Source: a virus
Direction: 5' to 3' (one strand)
Length of the DNA stretch: 64,000 nt
IMG/VR virus record: IMGVR_UViG_3300004369_000011
Location: 8,081-72,080 of that record
Shown here piece by piece: positions 46,632 through 55,390 of this stretch. Below the pieces are notes generated by a model, which worked only from the letters and a program-made list of their open reading frames with translations, ran no database searches and was not told where the DNA came from. A program made the position numbers and the translations under genes. Within the stretch, counting starts at the first letter, position 1. Each line of letters opens with the position of its first letter.

Positions 46632-47831
46632 TCAGAAGTCACAGTCTTCATGCTTTTCAGCAATCATGATTTTGGTTTCTGCGATGGTTTCCTCCAAAGG
46701 AACGTTAGAGGCTCGGACAAGCTCCACGCGTTGGTTGTAGAGTTTTTGTAGATGTCTCGAACGTTGATTGTACACATCAGTTTCTGTGACAATTTGAGCT
46801 TCCAACTCCTCTAACTGTTTTTCGGTAGAGGCAGATTGAATTTGGGACACAAGATCTTTATAAGTACCAGACAACGCAAGCGACTTTTGGAGAGTTGCAA
46901 GCCCTTCTGTTGAATCCCGACCCGCCACAATAGTTTCCAATTCCGTTCGAATCTCAAGTTTTACATCGTTATACAACTGAAACGCTTGATCCTTGTCCTT
47001 AATCAAGGGAGAGTTCATCTGCTTACCAACCTCTACTAACCTCTCGGCCAGCGTGGTTAGGTTTTCAAATCCAGGACAGTGCTTACTTATGAGCTGTAGC
47101 TGAGCTGCAGTTAGCTGCCACGAGCCTCGGCGTTTCGAAGTCCCTGTCTGTCGCTCGCCAATTTTACTTGAGATGCGTACATCCAAGTCATCCATCAGCT
47201 CTGCTGCTTTTTCCAAAGCTCGATCTGCTGCACTGTGTTGAGCAGCCTCCAATACTTCCGCTGTGTTAAGGCTCGCCGCCCTTGCGATCCTGTCATCTAA
47301 CAGGTGGTCTTGTGCGCTTGTCGATACCTCCAAGTTGATTGGATTCGGACCTATTACAAAAACTTCAATTGGAGATTCAAATTGTTCTTTGGTCGGAAAC
47401 AAGCGGAGATACGCTTCCCGAGCCATTTTTAGTTCTAGTTCGTCCTTGAAGAGGGGTTCAAGAAAGCCAGCAACAGTAGTGTTCCAACGCTCAAACTCTG
47501 CGGTCCAAAGACCTTTAAGTTCTTTATTAAATACCTTAGCTTCGCGGCGAATTGAAGCGATCTTCTCCATCGCTACATCAAAGTAATCAGCGTGAAGAAA
47601 GTGAACGTCTCCCCTATGGATGGTGCACTCGTCATAAAGTTTGCGCTGTTCGGAACGAAGACAATTCAAATATTCTTTAAGCTTGCCTGAGAGGTTTGGA
47701 CGGATGGATACTGCCTGCTGATTCTCAAGCGTGTCAATAACAGCTTGAGGTAGCTTCAGATCATCAAACTTAATCTGTGTGCTCTGACGCACGTTAGCAC
47801 TAACGGAGCAGTGGAGAAGAAACACGTTCAT
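46632..47831 (-). CDS. Coiled-coil protein, DUF3150-like
   Basis: Helical 399-aa protein upstream of MoxR/VWA. Family call is tentative and based on context. Confidence 0.45.
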   Translation of the reverse strand: MNVFLLHCSVSANVRQSTQIKFDDLKLPQAVIDTLENQQAVSIRPNLSGKLKEYLNCLRSEQRKLYDECTIHRGDVHFLHADYFDVAMEKIASIRREAKVFNKELKGLWTAEFERWNTTVAGFLEPLFKDELELKMAREAYLRLFPTKEQFESPIEVFVIGPNPINLEVSTSAQDHLLDDRIARAASLNTAEVLEAAQHSAADRALEKAAELMDDLDVRISSKIGERQTGTSKRRGSWQLTAAQLQLISKHCPGFENLTTLAERLVEVGKQMNSPLIKDKDQAFQLYNDVKLEIRTELETIVAGRDSTEGLATLQKSLALSGTYKDLVSQIQSASTEKQLEELEAQIVTETDVYNQRSRHLQKLYNQRVELVRASNVPLEETIAETKIMIAEKHEDCDF

Positions 47832-47833
47832 GA

Positions 47834-48259
47834 TTACTTAAGGCGAGAGAAAGCAGTGGTGATTTTGTCAGTGAGCAAGTCGATAGCTCCCATTACTGAA
47901 AGCTGTTCAACTAGTTTCTTCCGCTCGATGCGGGCAACCTTTAGGTCACGTTCGAGTTTTTCGATACGAGCGTTTACCTTGTCGAGTTTTGCGTGCCCCG
48001 TGGGAGCCTTCGTCACGCGCACGATGATGTTCGTTCCGAATTCAGGGAACTTGAACAAGGAATCGGGACCTTGAAAGGTCTCTAGTGAAAGACCAGAAGC
48101 GTCAGCTTGCTCTAGGTCGTTTGTGAGGTTGGAACGAGCCGCCTCGTAGGGAGTCCCAAAAGATTCATTTAGAGCCGTTAGGGCTTGATCGCACTCGTCG
48201 AACAGTTCAGCGGTCCTCCGACCTCGTTCAACTAAATGAGAGATGGTTGGTTTAGGCAT
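47834..48259 (-). CDS. Hypothetical protein, first gene of the MoxR operon
   Basis: Start probably MPKPTI, downstream of a sigma70 promoter. Confidence 0.65.
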   Translation of the reverse strand: MPKPTISHLVERGRRTAELFDECDQALTALNESFGTPYEAARSNLTNDLEQADASGLSLETFQGPDSLFKFPEFGTNIIVRVTKAPTGHAKLDKVNARIEKLERDLKVARIERKKLVEQLSVMGAIDLLTDKITTAFSRLK

Positions 48260-48312
48260 GATGTGCAAAAGATGGGGACGCACCACGTTAAGGGCCGGTG
48301 CCGCCCAGGAGA

Positions 48313-48341
48313 AAGATAGCTCACGCAGAGCACGGTGTCAA
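48313..48341 (-). promoter_or_regulatory. Sigma70-type promoter TTGACA-N17-TATCTT
   Basis: Consensus -35 and a 17-nt spacer on the - strand. Confidence 0.75.
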
Positions 48342-48507
48342 TCCTTTGCTCTACTATACTTTAGTAGACATCTAAAGGATAGCTTGCTCAGGAAAGTTAA
48401 AGTAATAAACTTTTTCTGTAATGTAAGTTTGGCAACTAAATTTCGCATGTTTAATACTATTTAACTTTATGTATTACTTTATACGTCTTTACAGACGACG
48501 CAGTAAG

Positions 48508-49023
48508 CTACAGTCCCTTAGATTCCTGAACTGTTTTATCTGAGTTATAGCGCCCACAATCTCTATAAGAAACGTCAGGCTTAGAAGCTGTACGCATAAA
48601 AATAATTTGACCAATTCGCATCCCAGGCCACATAGGGATCGCATGATACTGGCGAGCGTTCTTTATCTCCAATGTCAGCACACTAGAATTAAAACCAGGA
48701 TCAATCCAGCCAGCCATCAAATGTTCAAAACCTGCACGCGCAAGACTACTCTTTAAAGCAAATTGGCCACACACGTCGTCCGGCATATTAAACATTTCAA
48801 ATGTCTCTGTAAGAACAAACTGATTGGGTTTAAGTAAAAACGGAGTTGTTTTACTGCACGAAGTTAGAGTTATAGGAGATAACTTATCGGTATCTTCTAC
48901 CTCTACGAGCATGTTGTGACCTAAACGCACGTCTAAGCTTGCTGGATTGAGTAGATAGTCCTCAAATGGAGTGACCATGCCTTTCCTACAGAGGCGTTCG
49001 ATCTCGTGGTCACTTAGGATCAC
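48508..49023 (-). CDS. dcd: dCTP deaminase
   Basis: MILSD.EI, NPASLDVRLG, KSSLAR.G, AGWIDPGF, TLEI.N and GM.IGQ..F. Confidence 0.95.
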   Translation of the reverse strand: MILSDHEIERLCRKGMVTPFEDYLLNPASLDVRLGHNMLVEVEDTDKLSPITLTSCSKTTPFLLKPNQFVLTETFEMFNMPDDVCGQFALKSSLARAGFEHLMAGWIDPGFNSSVLTLEIKNARQYHAIPMWPGMRIGQIIFMRTASKPDVSYRDCGRYNSDKTVQESKGL

Positions 49024-49048
49024 ATCAAAAATTAAAAACTGCCCAAGC

Positions 49049-49372
49049 TTAACACTTAAGGCCTAGTGTCACCTTCTCATAAAGAGCTTTTCCTGTTTCC
49101 GTAAGGCTTAGATGGATCAGAGTGCGGTTGAGAGAAAGACGCTCTCTGTAAATTAATCCCATTCCGTTGGTGTTCTTTTGCGTCTTACCTCCTAACAGAC
49201 AACAATTACGGGACACTGCAGAGGTTGAGATGTTTATAAATTTAGTAATGTCAGCTTGTAAAACACCCTCTGGATCGTGCTCTCCAATGATTAGAAAGAT
49301 TGTCAGAGTTGTGCATGAGACTTCGCGGTCATTAAACAGCGTAAAAGGAAGAAGACGTGCTGATAAACGCAT
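49049..49372 (-). CDS. MarR-like wHTH regulator
   Basis: GVLQADI......S.SAVSRN...LG...G.GL.........L.LT..GK resembles early MarR-type regulators of cyanopodoviruses. Confidence 0.7.
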   Translation of the reverse strand: MRLSARLLPFTLFNDREVSCTTLTIFLIIGEHDPEGVLQADITKFINISTSAVSRNCCLLGGKTQKNTNGMGLIYRERLSLNRTLIHLSLTETGKALYEKVTLGLKC

Positions 49373-49380
49373 AGAGCTAA

Positions 49381-49605
49381 CTAACGCGCCAGGGAATAAA
49401 GGGGAAGACAGTAACTTGCGGCACCCACCACGGTCTGCAAAGTAACCACACGTCGGTTGTTTACCCCCCTACATTCTTCTATTTGTTCGCGGTTAGCTTG
49501 ATCTTGAGCCTGAAACGCGGCACAAAAACCGAGGCCCACACCTAATATCAGAGGCAAGGCAGCTTTTGCGTACGTTTTTACGTTACGAATAAAGTAGGAC
49601 ACCAT
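49381..49605 (-). CDS. Small membrane-anchored hypothetical protein
   Basis: One hydrophobic segment. Confidence 0.5.
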   Translation of the reverse strand: MVSYFIRNVKTYAKAALPLILGVGLGFCAAFQAQDQANREQIEECRGVNNRRVVTLQTVVGAASYCLPLYSLAR

Positions 49606-49868
49606 TAGGGAAGATTAGAAAAGGAGTAAGAAACCATACGATTCTTCTGCTCATATTTAATTAGATCTAAAAGTTTTAGAGCTTCCCGACCTGCACTACT
49701 CCCTGAGCCGTGCTTTCCTATAACGTAGCTAGCAAGGTCTTCAAGAGCGCTTATATGCTTTAGTTCCCAACCATCCTCATTACTAGTGTTTTCATACAAA
49801 CTTAGTTGATGAAGCTTTAAAGCAACAATAAGCGCTTCACTAGGAATCAAATCAAGAAGAGTAATCAT
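49605..49868 (-). CDS. Hypothetical early protein
   Basis: In a tightly packed - strand array. Confidence 0.5.
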   Translation of the reverse strand: MITLLDLIPSEALIVALKLHQLSLYENTSNEDGWELKHISALEDLASYVIGKHGSGSSAGREALKLLDLIKYEQKNRMVSYSFSNLP

Positions 49869-49902
49869 GTCAGTTGAAAGAGAAAAAAGAAACATGGTTG
49901 GT

Positions 49903-50082
49903 TTAAATAAGGTCTAAACAGAGTTCTTGATACGCCTCTTCAATCTCAGCGTGGGTAGCAGGGAGGGCCACACGATCTCTAAGGCAACAGGCAGTTCTCT
50001 CAATTTTGAGTAAGTCATCCTCAAGGACGTTTCTATCCCACAGAAAAGAGATGAAGTCGTCGGCAGTTTCGTAGGTTTTCAT
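49903..50082 (-). CDS. Hypothetical early protein (59 aa)
   Basis: MKTYETADDFISFLWDRN... fills the gap in the array. Confidence 0.5.
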   Translation of the reverse strand: MKTYETADDFISFLWDRNVLEDDLLKIERTACCLRDRVALPATHAEIEEAYQELCLDLI

Positions 50083-50084
50083 GT

Positions 50085-50570
50085 TTAGTTACTGAGAATG
50101 TGTACAAGGTGAGAACAGTTGTGATTCAGGTTGTAGCGCTTCGTGGCAATAGCTTGGAGCTTGCTGTATAGAAGCTGGAGTGACTGACTTAGTTGAAGCA
50201 TCTCCAAAGAATCACTTCCGAGAGCTACATCTGATTTAAGTCGAACGTCATCAAAGAGTTCAGCCAGTTGTTCGTTGCTCAGTGCTCCAAGAGTAAAAAT
50301 TAGAGCCTCACAATAGAGAACAGAAAGGGGTTGGTTGGGGTCTCCTGTCACGAGAGGAGCTTCGTATAGAGCGGGCATGGGGGTAAAGGATGCTTTGGGT
50401 GAGTCAGGGGTACTAGGTGAGTCGGCGTCCTGCGAAGCAGGGGTTGGTTTAATACTGTGCAAGTGGTCTAGGATCGCACCTAAGCGGTAGCGAGTGTCTG
50501 CATCAGGTTTAGATACTTCATAGGCTCGATATGTACGTCTATAAAGAGCCTTCCATTCGTCAAGTTTCAT
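50085..50570 (-). CDS. Hypothetical early protein
   Basis: N-terminus similar to the 52386-52538 ORF. Confidence 0.55.
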   Translation of the reverse strand: MKLDEWKALYRRTYRAYEVSKPDADTRYRLGAILDHLHSIKPTPASQDADSPSTPDSPKASFTPMPALYEAPLVTGDPNQPLSVLYCEALIFTLGALSNEQLAELFDDVRLKSDVALGSDSLEMLQLSQSLQLLYSKLQAIATKRYNLNHNCSHLVHILSN

Positions 50571-50862
50571 TGAAGACATCTGTCAATTTAAGAATCTCCA
50601 TGGGCAGGGCAGACCGGGGAACACGCTTACTGTTTAGATAAAAAGTAGCTTTACAGTGATCGCTTGTTCGTCCGGACCGGGTTACCTTAACTGTTACTGG
50701 GTGCCCCATAATGGTTTCAGTACAACTTGAAACGATTGGAGACATAGAGGCAGCTCGGTTAAGTTTCTGCCAAGCAGCCCTAGCTTGACCCGACATTATG
50801 TCGAGCGTGGCCTTTATGTTGTCTAAGACAGTAAGGCTTAGTTTTATCTGGACTCCGTACAT
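50560..50862 (-). CDS. Hypothetical early protein
   Basis: Overlaps both neighbours. Confidence 0.55.
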   Translation of the reverse strand: MYGVQIKLSLTVLDNIKATLDIMSGQARAAWQKLNRAASMSPIVSSCTETIMGHPVTVKVTRSGRTSDHCKATFYLNSKRVPRSALPMEILKLTDVFNET

Positions 50863-51212
50863 TAGGTACCTCGGGCAAAAGAATGACGGCTGCCCAGTTC
50901 AATCTCCCACGGTTCTGTATTTTCTGCTACCCCATACCATTTGTTACTCGATTGGTACACACCGCCCCTACATAGTGTAAATAGAATTACGTTAAGCCTA
51001 GATTTTGTAGTTGAAGTTTGCCAACCGCAGTCACAAACTTCTACTTCGTCGGGGGTGATTGTCGCAATCGTGTGACCGTGAAGCCTGACGTTTATACGAT
51101 CGATCGTATGCTTTTTGGAGGGGAAGTACACACACTGCACCTCAGTGTTAGCAAGTTTCCAATCTTTTCGCTGCTCGATTGCTTCGAGCATTAAGCGTTC
51201 GATTTTGCGCAT
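50862..51212 (-). CDS. Conserved phage early protein (LHG..IA...GW.T.TTKSRLN family)
   Basis: Motif recognised from many aquatic phage hypotheticals. Confidence 0.7.
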   Translation of the reverse strand: MRKIERLMLEAIEQRKDWKLANTEVQCVYFPSKKHTIDRINVRLHGHTIATITPDEVEVCDCGWQTSTTKSRLNVILFTLCRGGVYQSSNKWYGVAENTEPWEIELGSRHSFARGT

Positions 51213-51291
51213 TGGTTTTAGGGTTAAGTAAATTGGCGCCCCGCGAAGCGGGTGATTGTAGAATACAACTCAGTTGTTCATAGGTTTAGTG

Positions 51292-51495
51292 ATGCGTGTC
51301 GCCGGGGAAGTTTTTACATCAGAGGAGAATGAGCCTGCGATTGCATCTTCCTACGAAGACCGGAATCGTGAGCGTGGGGACGCCAAGATTCTGTACAAGT
51401 TCATTATGGGAGGAGGGTTAGGTGACCCTAAACAACATGGGGACACACTGAAGCGGTTACTAGATCAGATCAGTGGGGTTAATTTAGGCGTGTGA
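51292..51495 (+). CDS. Small protein starting MRVAGEVF, on the opposite strand within the early region
   Basis: TAGAAT at 51259-51264. Exactly fills the gap between - strand genes and carries the shared motif. Confidence 0.6.
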   Translation: MRVAGEVFTSEENEPAIASSYEDRNRERGDAKILYKFIMGGGLGDPKQHGDTLKRLLDQISGVNLGV

Positions 51496-51501
51496 GTTGG
51501 G

Positions 51502-51786
51502 TTAGTCTTCCGGCCATTCGTAACCCTCAGGAACTTCCCAAAGGTCCCCATCCCCATCTTGATGTAAACGCCAACGCACACCATTAGATTTTATGACTGC
51601 GTTGTTGAGAATACTTATCCACGCTTCCCAGTACCATTCATGATCTGAGCCTATCTGGCAGATCTGCACATCGCTGTAGTCAACTCCTACATCTTTAGCC
51701 CACTGTTCGTCAGCATCGTTGCAATAGAGTTGGGGAATGTAAACGCCGGGGAAGTTCGAACGTAGAACTAAGTTAGGCTCGTGCAT
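51502..51786 (-). CDS. Hypothetical early protein (G.YIPQ.F...YWEAW..IL family)
   Basis: Start MHEPNL, overlapping the upstream stop. Confidence 0.65.
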   Translation of the reverse strand: MHEPNLVLRSNFPGVYIPQLYCNDADEQWAKDVGVDYSDVQICQIGSDHEWYWEAWISILNNAVIKSNGVRWRLHQDGDGDLWEVPEGYEWPED

Positions 51787-52007
51787 TAGAACATACCTCG
51801 TGAGTCGATGTGATCTTGAATTAAAGCATCGGAGGGTTCCCACCCGTCTATATATTGCAGAGCAGGAATAACATTCTCCTCCAGTTGTTCGATGATGTCG
51901 AAAGGCAGAAGATCAGTGTCGATTAGATACTTGAAGCGGGCTAAAGATTCTTTAGCCAGGGTGTAACAATTCATCTTTTTAATATCAGTCGGAGCGGAGA
52001 AGTTCAT
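51786..52007 (-). CDS. Hypothetical early protein
   Basis: Overlapping array. Confidence 0.55.
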   Translation of the reverse strand: MNFSAPTDIKKMNCYTLAKESLARFKYLIDTDLLPFDIIEQLEENVIPALQYIDGWEPSDALIQDHIDSRGMF

Positions 52008-52192
52008 CGGGAAATAACTTTGTCTTGGGTGTCTTCAACTTGAGAAGTAACAACAACACGTTGACACAGTGAGTTATATGCTGCAGGACATTCGCGCATC
52101 AAGATTTTGCGAAGATCGTGCTGCATGTGATGATTAACAACTGCAAGTAGTTGATCTTTGTGAAACTCTGAAAAGTAAGGGCTGTAGCTCAT
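52004..52192 (-). CDS. Hypothetical early protein
   Basis: Overlapping array. Confidence 0.55.
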   Translation of the reverse strand: MSYSPYFSEFHKDQLLAVVNHHMQHDLRKILMRECPAAYNSLCQRVVVTSQVEDTQDKVISR

Positions 52193-52389
52193 GGGTTTGT
52201 TATGCAAGTGGCAGGGGAGATGTTGACTGTTGAAATGTTGCCCTCAATAGAAATGAGAGCAGCATCAAGTTCACTGATAACTTTCTTGTTGTCTGCGTAG
52301 ATAACTGGATAGTTATTTAGTAGGCGAATCAACTCGGAACGATAGTCAATTAGTGCAGTCCGGAGCGTGGTGGTTTGCAGCGTGATCAT
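52189..52389 (-). CDS. Hypothetical early protein
   Basis: Overlapping array (ATGA junctions). Confidence 0.5.
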   Translation of the reverse strand: MITLQTTTLRTALIDYRSELIRLLNNYPVIYADNKKVISELDAALISIEGNISTVNISPATCITNP

Positions 52390-52538
52390 GTGAGTTCAAT
52401 TAGGTTCTGTTTTTCGAGCAAGATTAGGTGATCAAGTACATCGCCAAGGGTAGATCGAACGTACTCATCTTTCAGTGCAGCTTGATCGTAAGCATCGTAT
52501 ACAGTTGAGTACAATTTGTTGAACTGTTGTTTGTTCAT
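52386..52538 (-). CDS. Hypothetical early protein (50 aa)
   Basis: MNKQQFNKLYSTVYDAYDQAALKDEYVRSTLGDVLDHL... with ATGA overlaps at both ends. Confidence 0.6.
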   Translation of the reverse strand: MNKQQFNKLYSTVYDAYDQAALKDEYVRSTLGDVLDHLILLEKQNLIELT

Positions 52539-52702
52539 GATTCCCTCCATGCTTTGCAGCAACGTGAGCTTACATAATAATCAGCAGAGTAGTCAGCGTA
52601 GCGATACTCTCGCACTACACAAGATGCCTCTTGGTAAGAATCAAACTCGTCCATAGTTTCAAGGTAGTTGTGATTAATTGATCTGCGTTGGATGTAGTAC
52701 AT
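52535..52702 (-). CDS. Hypothetical early protein (55 aa)
   Basis: MYYIQRR...LETMDEFDS..EA.....EY......YYVSSR.CKAW. Confidence 0.6.
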   Translation of the reverse strand: MYYIQRRSINHNYLETMDEFDSYQEASCVVREYRYADYSADYYVSSRCCKAWRES

Positions 52703-52704
52703 AA

Positions 52705-52905
52705 TTAGAAGGTGATTGTTTGTGTAGTGTCAGAGAAAGTCTTGGTGCGTAGGTACTCAAGCGTAGTTAGATCATTCTTTGCCCAATCACCCCCAGGATG
52801 ATTTGGAGTTTCATTAAGTAGTTGTAAAAGATCCTGTTCATATGCACGAATCATGCGGCGCATGAAGTCACGTTCTGCATTGTAGTTAGTGTTGTAGATG
52901 GCCAT
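52705..52905 (-). CDS. Hypothetical early protein
   Basis: Start probably MAIYNT. Confidence 0.5.
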   Translation of the reverse strand: MAIYNTNYNAERDFMRRMIRAYEQDLLQLLNETPNHPGGDWAKNDLTTLEYLRTKTFSDTTQTITF

Positions 52906-52992
52906 GATGTTGTTGTGATTGTGTGATTGATGCCACGCGAAGCGTGATGTCTTGAGACAACTTAAACAGGTCTGGTGTTGCCTCAAGCTAAC

Positions 52993-53310
52993 TTAAACAA
53001 GCCAGAAGTTATCTAGCTTGAACTCATTAACAAACGATTTAGCAATCGCTTCCGCCGCAACTAAACGCTCAGGCTTCGCAAATAGCGAGTTCCACGATGT
53101 AGTTAGTGACCCATACTCTCGCTGATAATCTTTAGCCGCTGGGGTGCACAAATACCGTTCTATGTAACCGATTGCTCGGTCAAGATCGAACGTATTGTTA
53201 AGCCAGAACTTAGATAAAGTCTTGCCCACACTGTTGTAGTGTGCACTAGAGAAGTTAACTGCATACTCTTCTAGTTCGCGTGCAGCTTCAGTGTCGATTG
53301 TGTAAGTCAT
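52993..53310 (-). CDS. Hypothetical early protein
   Basis: Start probably MTYTID. Confidence 0.6.
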   Translation of the reverse strand: MTYTIDTEAARELEEYAVNFSSAHYNSVGKTLSKFWLNNTFDLDRAIGYIERYLCTPAAKDYQREYGSLTTSWNSLFAKPERLVAAEAIAKSFVNEFKLDNFWLV

Positions 53311-53326
53311 AGTTGGGTGATAAGAA

Positions 53327-53503
53327 TTAGAGTGCGGAGTGATAAACAATTTTCGCGTTCTCCCTTGCACTGGCGGGCATCTTTGTGATCTTCATTGCGA
53401 AGTCGATTGCCGCAGTTTCATTAAGTGCAGCAACAATAACGTCACCGATTCTATAACCGGGGAAGCGAACATCGTAGCGCTCCATGATGTCGAAGTTAGC
53501 CAT
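53327..53503 (-). CDS. Hypothetical early protein (58 aa)
   Basis: MANFDIMERYDVRFPGY... fills the gap in the array. Confidence 0.5.
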   Translation of the reverse strand: MANFDIMERYDVRFPGYRIGDVIVAALNETAAIDFAMKITKMPASARENAKIVYHSAL

Positions 53504-53537
53504 AGTTAAGAGGTGATTGTTAGTTAAACGATGATAA

Positions 53538-53852
53538 TTAGGAGTAGTAGCGGCCCATAATAACGTCGTTGTCTTCAGTGAACTTCATAAGAATCCCACT
53601 GAAGAATGAGTCGCCGTGGTAACCCTCCCAGCCTGGGAATGAATCACCCTCGTTGCGCATGAAGTCACCCAGGCAGTAGTAATAACCTTTATAGTTTACG
53701 AATTGGGTATCTTCAAACTCAGTTTCAGTTAGGTAGTCAAACTGTTTGCGGAGTTTGATAGTTTCAGCGTCGCCGATGTACAACTCAGCGCATAACCCTG
53801 AGAATGTTTCTCTAGGCTGATTGTTTGTGATGATGGTTAGAGCAGCAGTCAT
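53538..53852 (-). CDS. Conserved phage early protein (first gene of the early operon)
   Basis: I.TNN.PR...FDYL...F..YKG.YY.L.DF......W.G...DSFFSG. AGGTG RBS. Confidence 0.7.
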   Translation of the reverse strand: MTAALTIITNNQPRETFSGLCAELYIGDAETIKLRKQFDYLTETEFEDTQFVNYKGYYYCLGDFMRNEGDSFPGWEGYHGDSFFSGILMKFTEDNDVIMGRYYS

Positions 53853-54402
53853 GATGATTCACCTGTATGCAATGTGATGTAGTGAGGGAAGAATCCCTCA
53901 GTTTGATGTAGTATCAAAGAGAGAGAATCTGTTAGGTTGGTGATCATAAATGATCTAACCTTAATCTAGATCAACTGTACATCTTGATGATGTAGAGGCT
54001 ATCAGGAACCTACCCCAAGTTAGTTAGGGAAAGTCGGCCTAAACTTAAAGTAACGTACAAAGCGCACTAAATACATGCAAAGCATATACTTAATGCGCCA
54101 AGTGCGTCAGTTCTTTGTATTTAGTTCCACGTTGGCGATGCGTGGTAGAAGTTAACGCCGTTAAAAGTGATGACAGGAAGTCTATGGGCTCTGTCCAGAG
54201 TACCTGCACTAGACACAGTGACTCTGGACAGAGGAAAGGAATCGATACGGCGCACACTTAACGAGTCGGGTTGCAACTCTATTGTGCTCGGGGGATCACT
54301 CGCGCCCCTAGTTCCATTTTCTGGCCATATCTGTTATGCAGAATAAGTTAACTGTGCCTTAGGCTTTCCGTACAAACTATCTCAGTACAGTTAACTATTC
54401 AG

Positions 54403-54465
54403 TTTTCAAGGTGCGATCGGTTGCCCGATGCCTCAGATCCTACAGCATGAAGCGCAGCTTGTCGG
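54403..54465 (-). promoter_or_regulatory. Early promoter 2 with GNRA hairpin and boxA-like element
   Basis: On the - strand: CCGACA-N17-TAGGAT, then ATCGG-GCAA-CCGAT, then GCACCTTGAAAA(CTGAATA). Confidence 0.65.
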
Positions 54466-54579
54466 GATGGTTGTTTCTGAATCGAAACATTGCGTAACGT
54501 TGGCGGGATCCTGACCATTGGTCTAGGGATCACAGGCCTTGCCACGCGTCACCCGATTGGCTGGGCTGGGCTGATCGGA

Positions 54580-54652
54580 TTGTCGAGGTGCTGCCAATCG
54601 GTCTCCCGTTCGGCTTGAGCACAGTATGGGCACACCAGGGGCCCTAGGTCAA
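54580..54652 (-). promoter_or_regulatory. Early promoter 1 with GNRA hairpin and boxA-like element
   Basis: On the - strand: TTGACC-N18-CATACT, then CCGAACGG-GAGA-CCGATTGG, then GCACCTCGACAA. Confidence 0.65.
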
Positions 54653-55145
54653 GCCCTGAAACATTAAGAAAGTCTGAAGCCTAGGTGCGCTGGGTGAGGG
54701 GAGAGGAACCGCACGCGCTCGCGTGTATATATACATACTAAAATTGAAACCTGCCTGCCAGGTCTGACCGACTCAGCACCAGGAGAGGGGATGATAGGAA
54801 GCCTCCCCCGCCTATGTATAACTAACCCTGCTCGCTATGTATAAAGAACTGGACGCAATCTGCCCGCAATGTGCCCTTTTTTTTAATATACAGCCTTGTT
54901 TGACGACGGGGCCGAGAACCCCCTGAGTATCAGGCAGGTAAATTGGGTATAAAAGGTCCCCCCGTCAATAAATTGATACTCAAAACCGGTAAGGCTTGTT
55001 AAAAAAAATTTTGGCCGCCCGTTTTTTAAGGTAAAAAGCTGTTCAGGTCGATAATTTTGTTTAATTTGAGATAAGGGTGGGGTAATGCAGGGTACTGGCC
55101 CCTATACTCTGACGTGTAGACTCTTTTTGAGCTTAGAGAGGTTCC

Positions 55146-55358
55146 ATGACTGACCATGCACTTGTTGATAAGTTAAAAACTGCGGGGGTGTGTTGTGCTG
55201 AGTGCGGGGACAGGTACGGAACCCCCCGTGGAAAGTATTCGTCTTGGTGGATGGGTGTTTGCAATGTGTGCGATGCAGAGGCACCCGTCACCGAGGTACG
55301 TAATTTTCGCTATTTGCATCGTGGGCTTGTTGAACTTGTTGAAAATGCCAAGATCTAG
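55146..55358 (+). CDS. Small zinc-ribbon protein
   Basis: CAECG...CNVC. GAGG RBS. Confidence 0.65.
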   Translation: MTDHALVDKLKTAGVCCAECGDRYGTPRGKYSSWWMGVCNVCDAEAPVTEVRNFRYLHRGLVELVENAKI

Positions 55359-55390
55359 ATAGTAAACTAGGTATACAAACTGGTTTAGTT

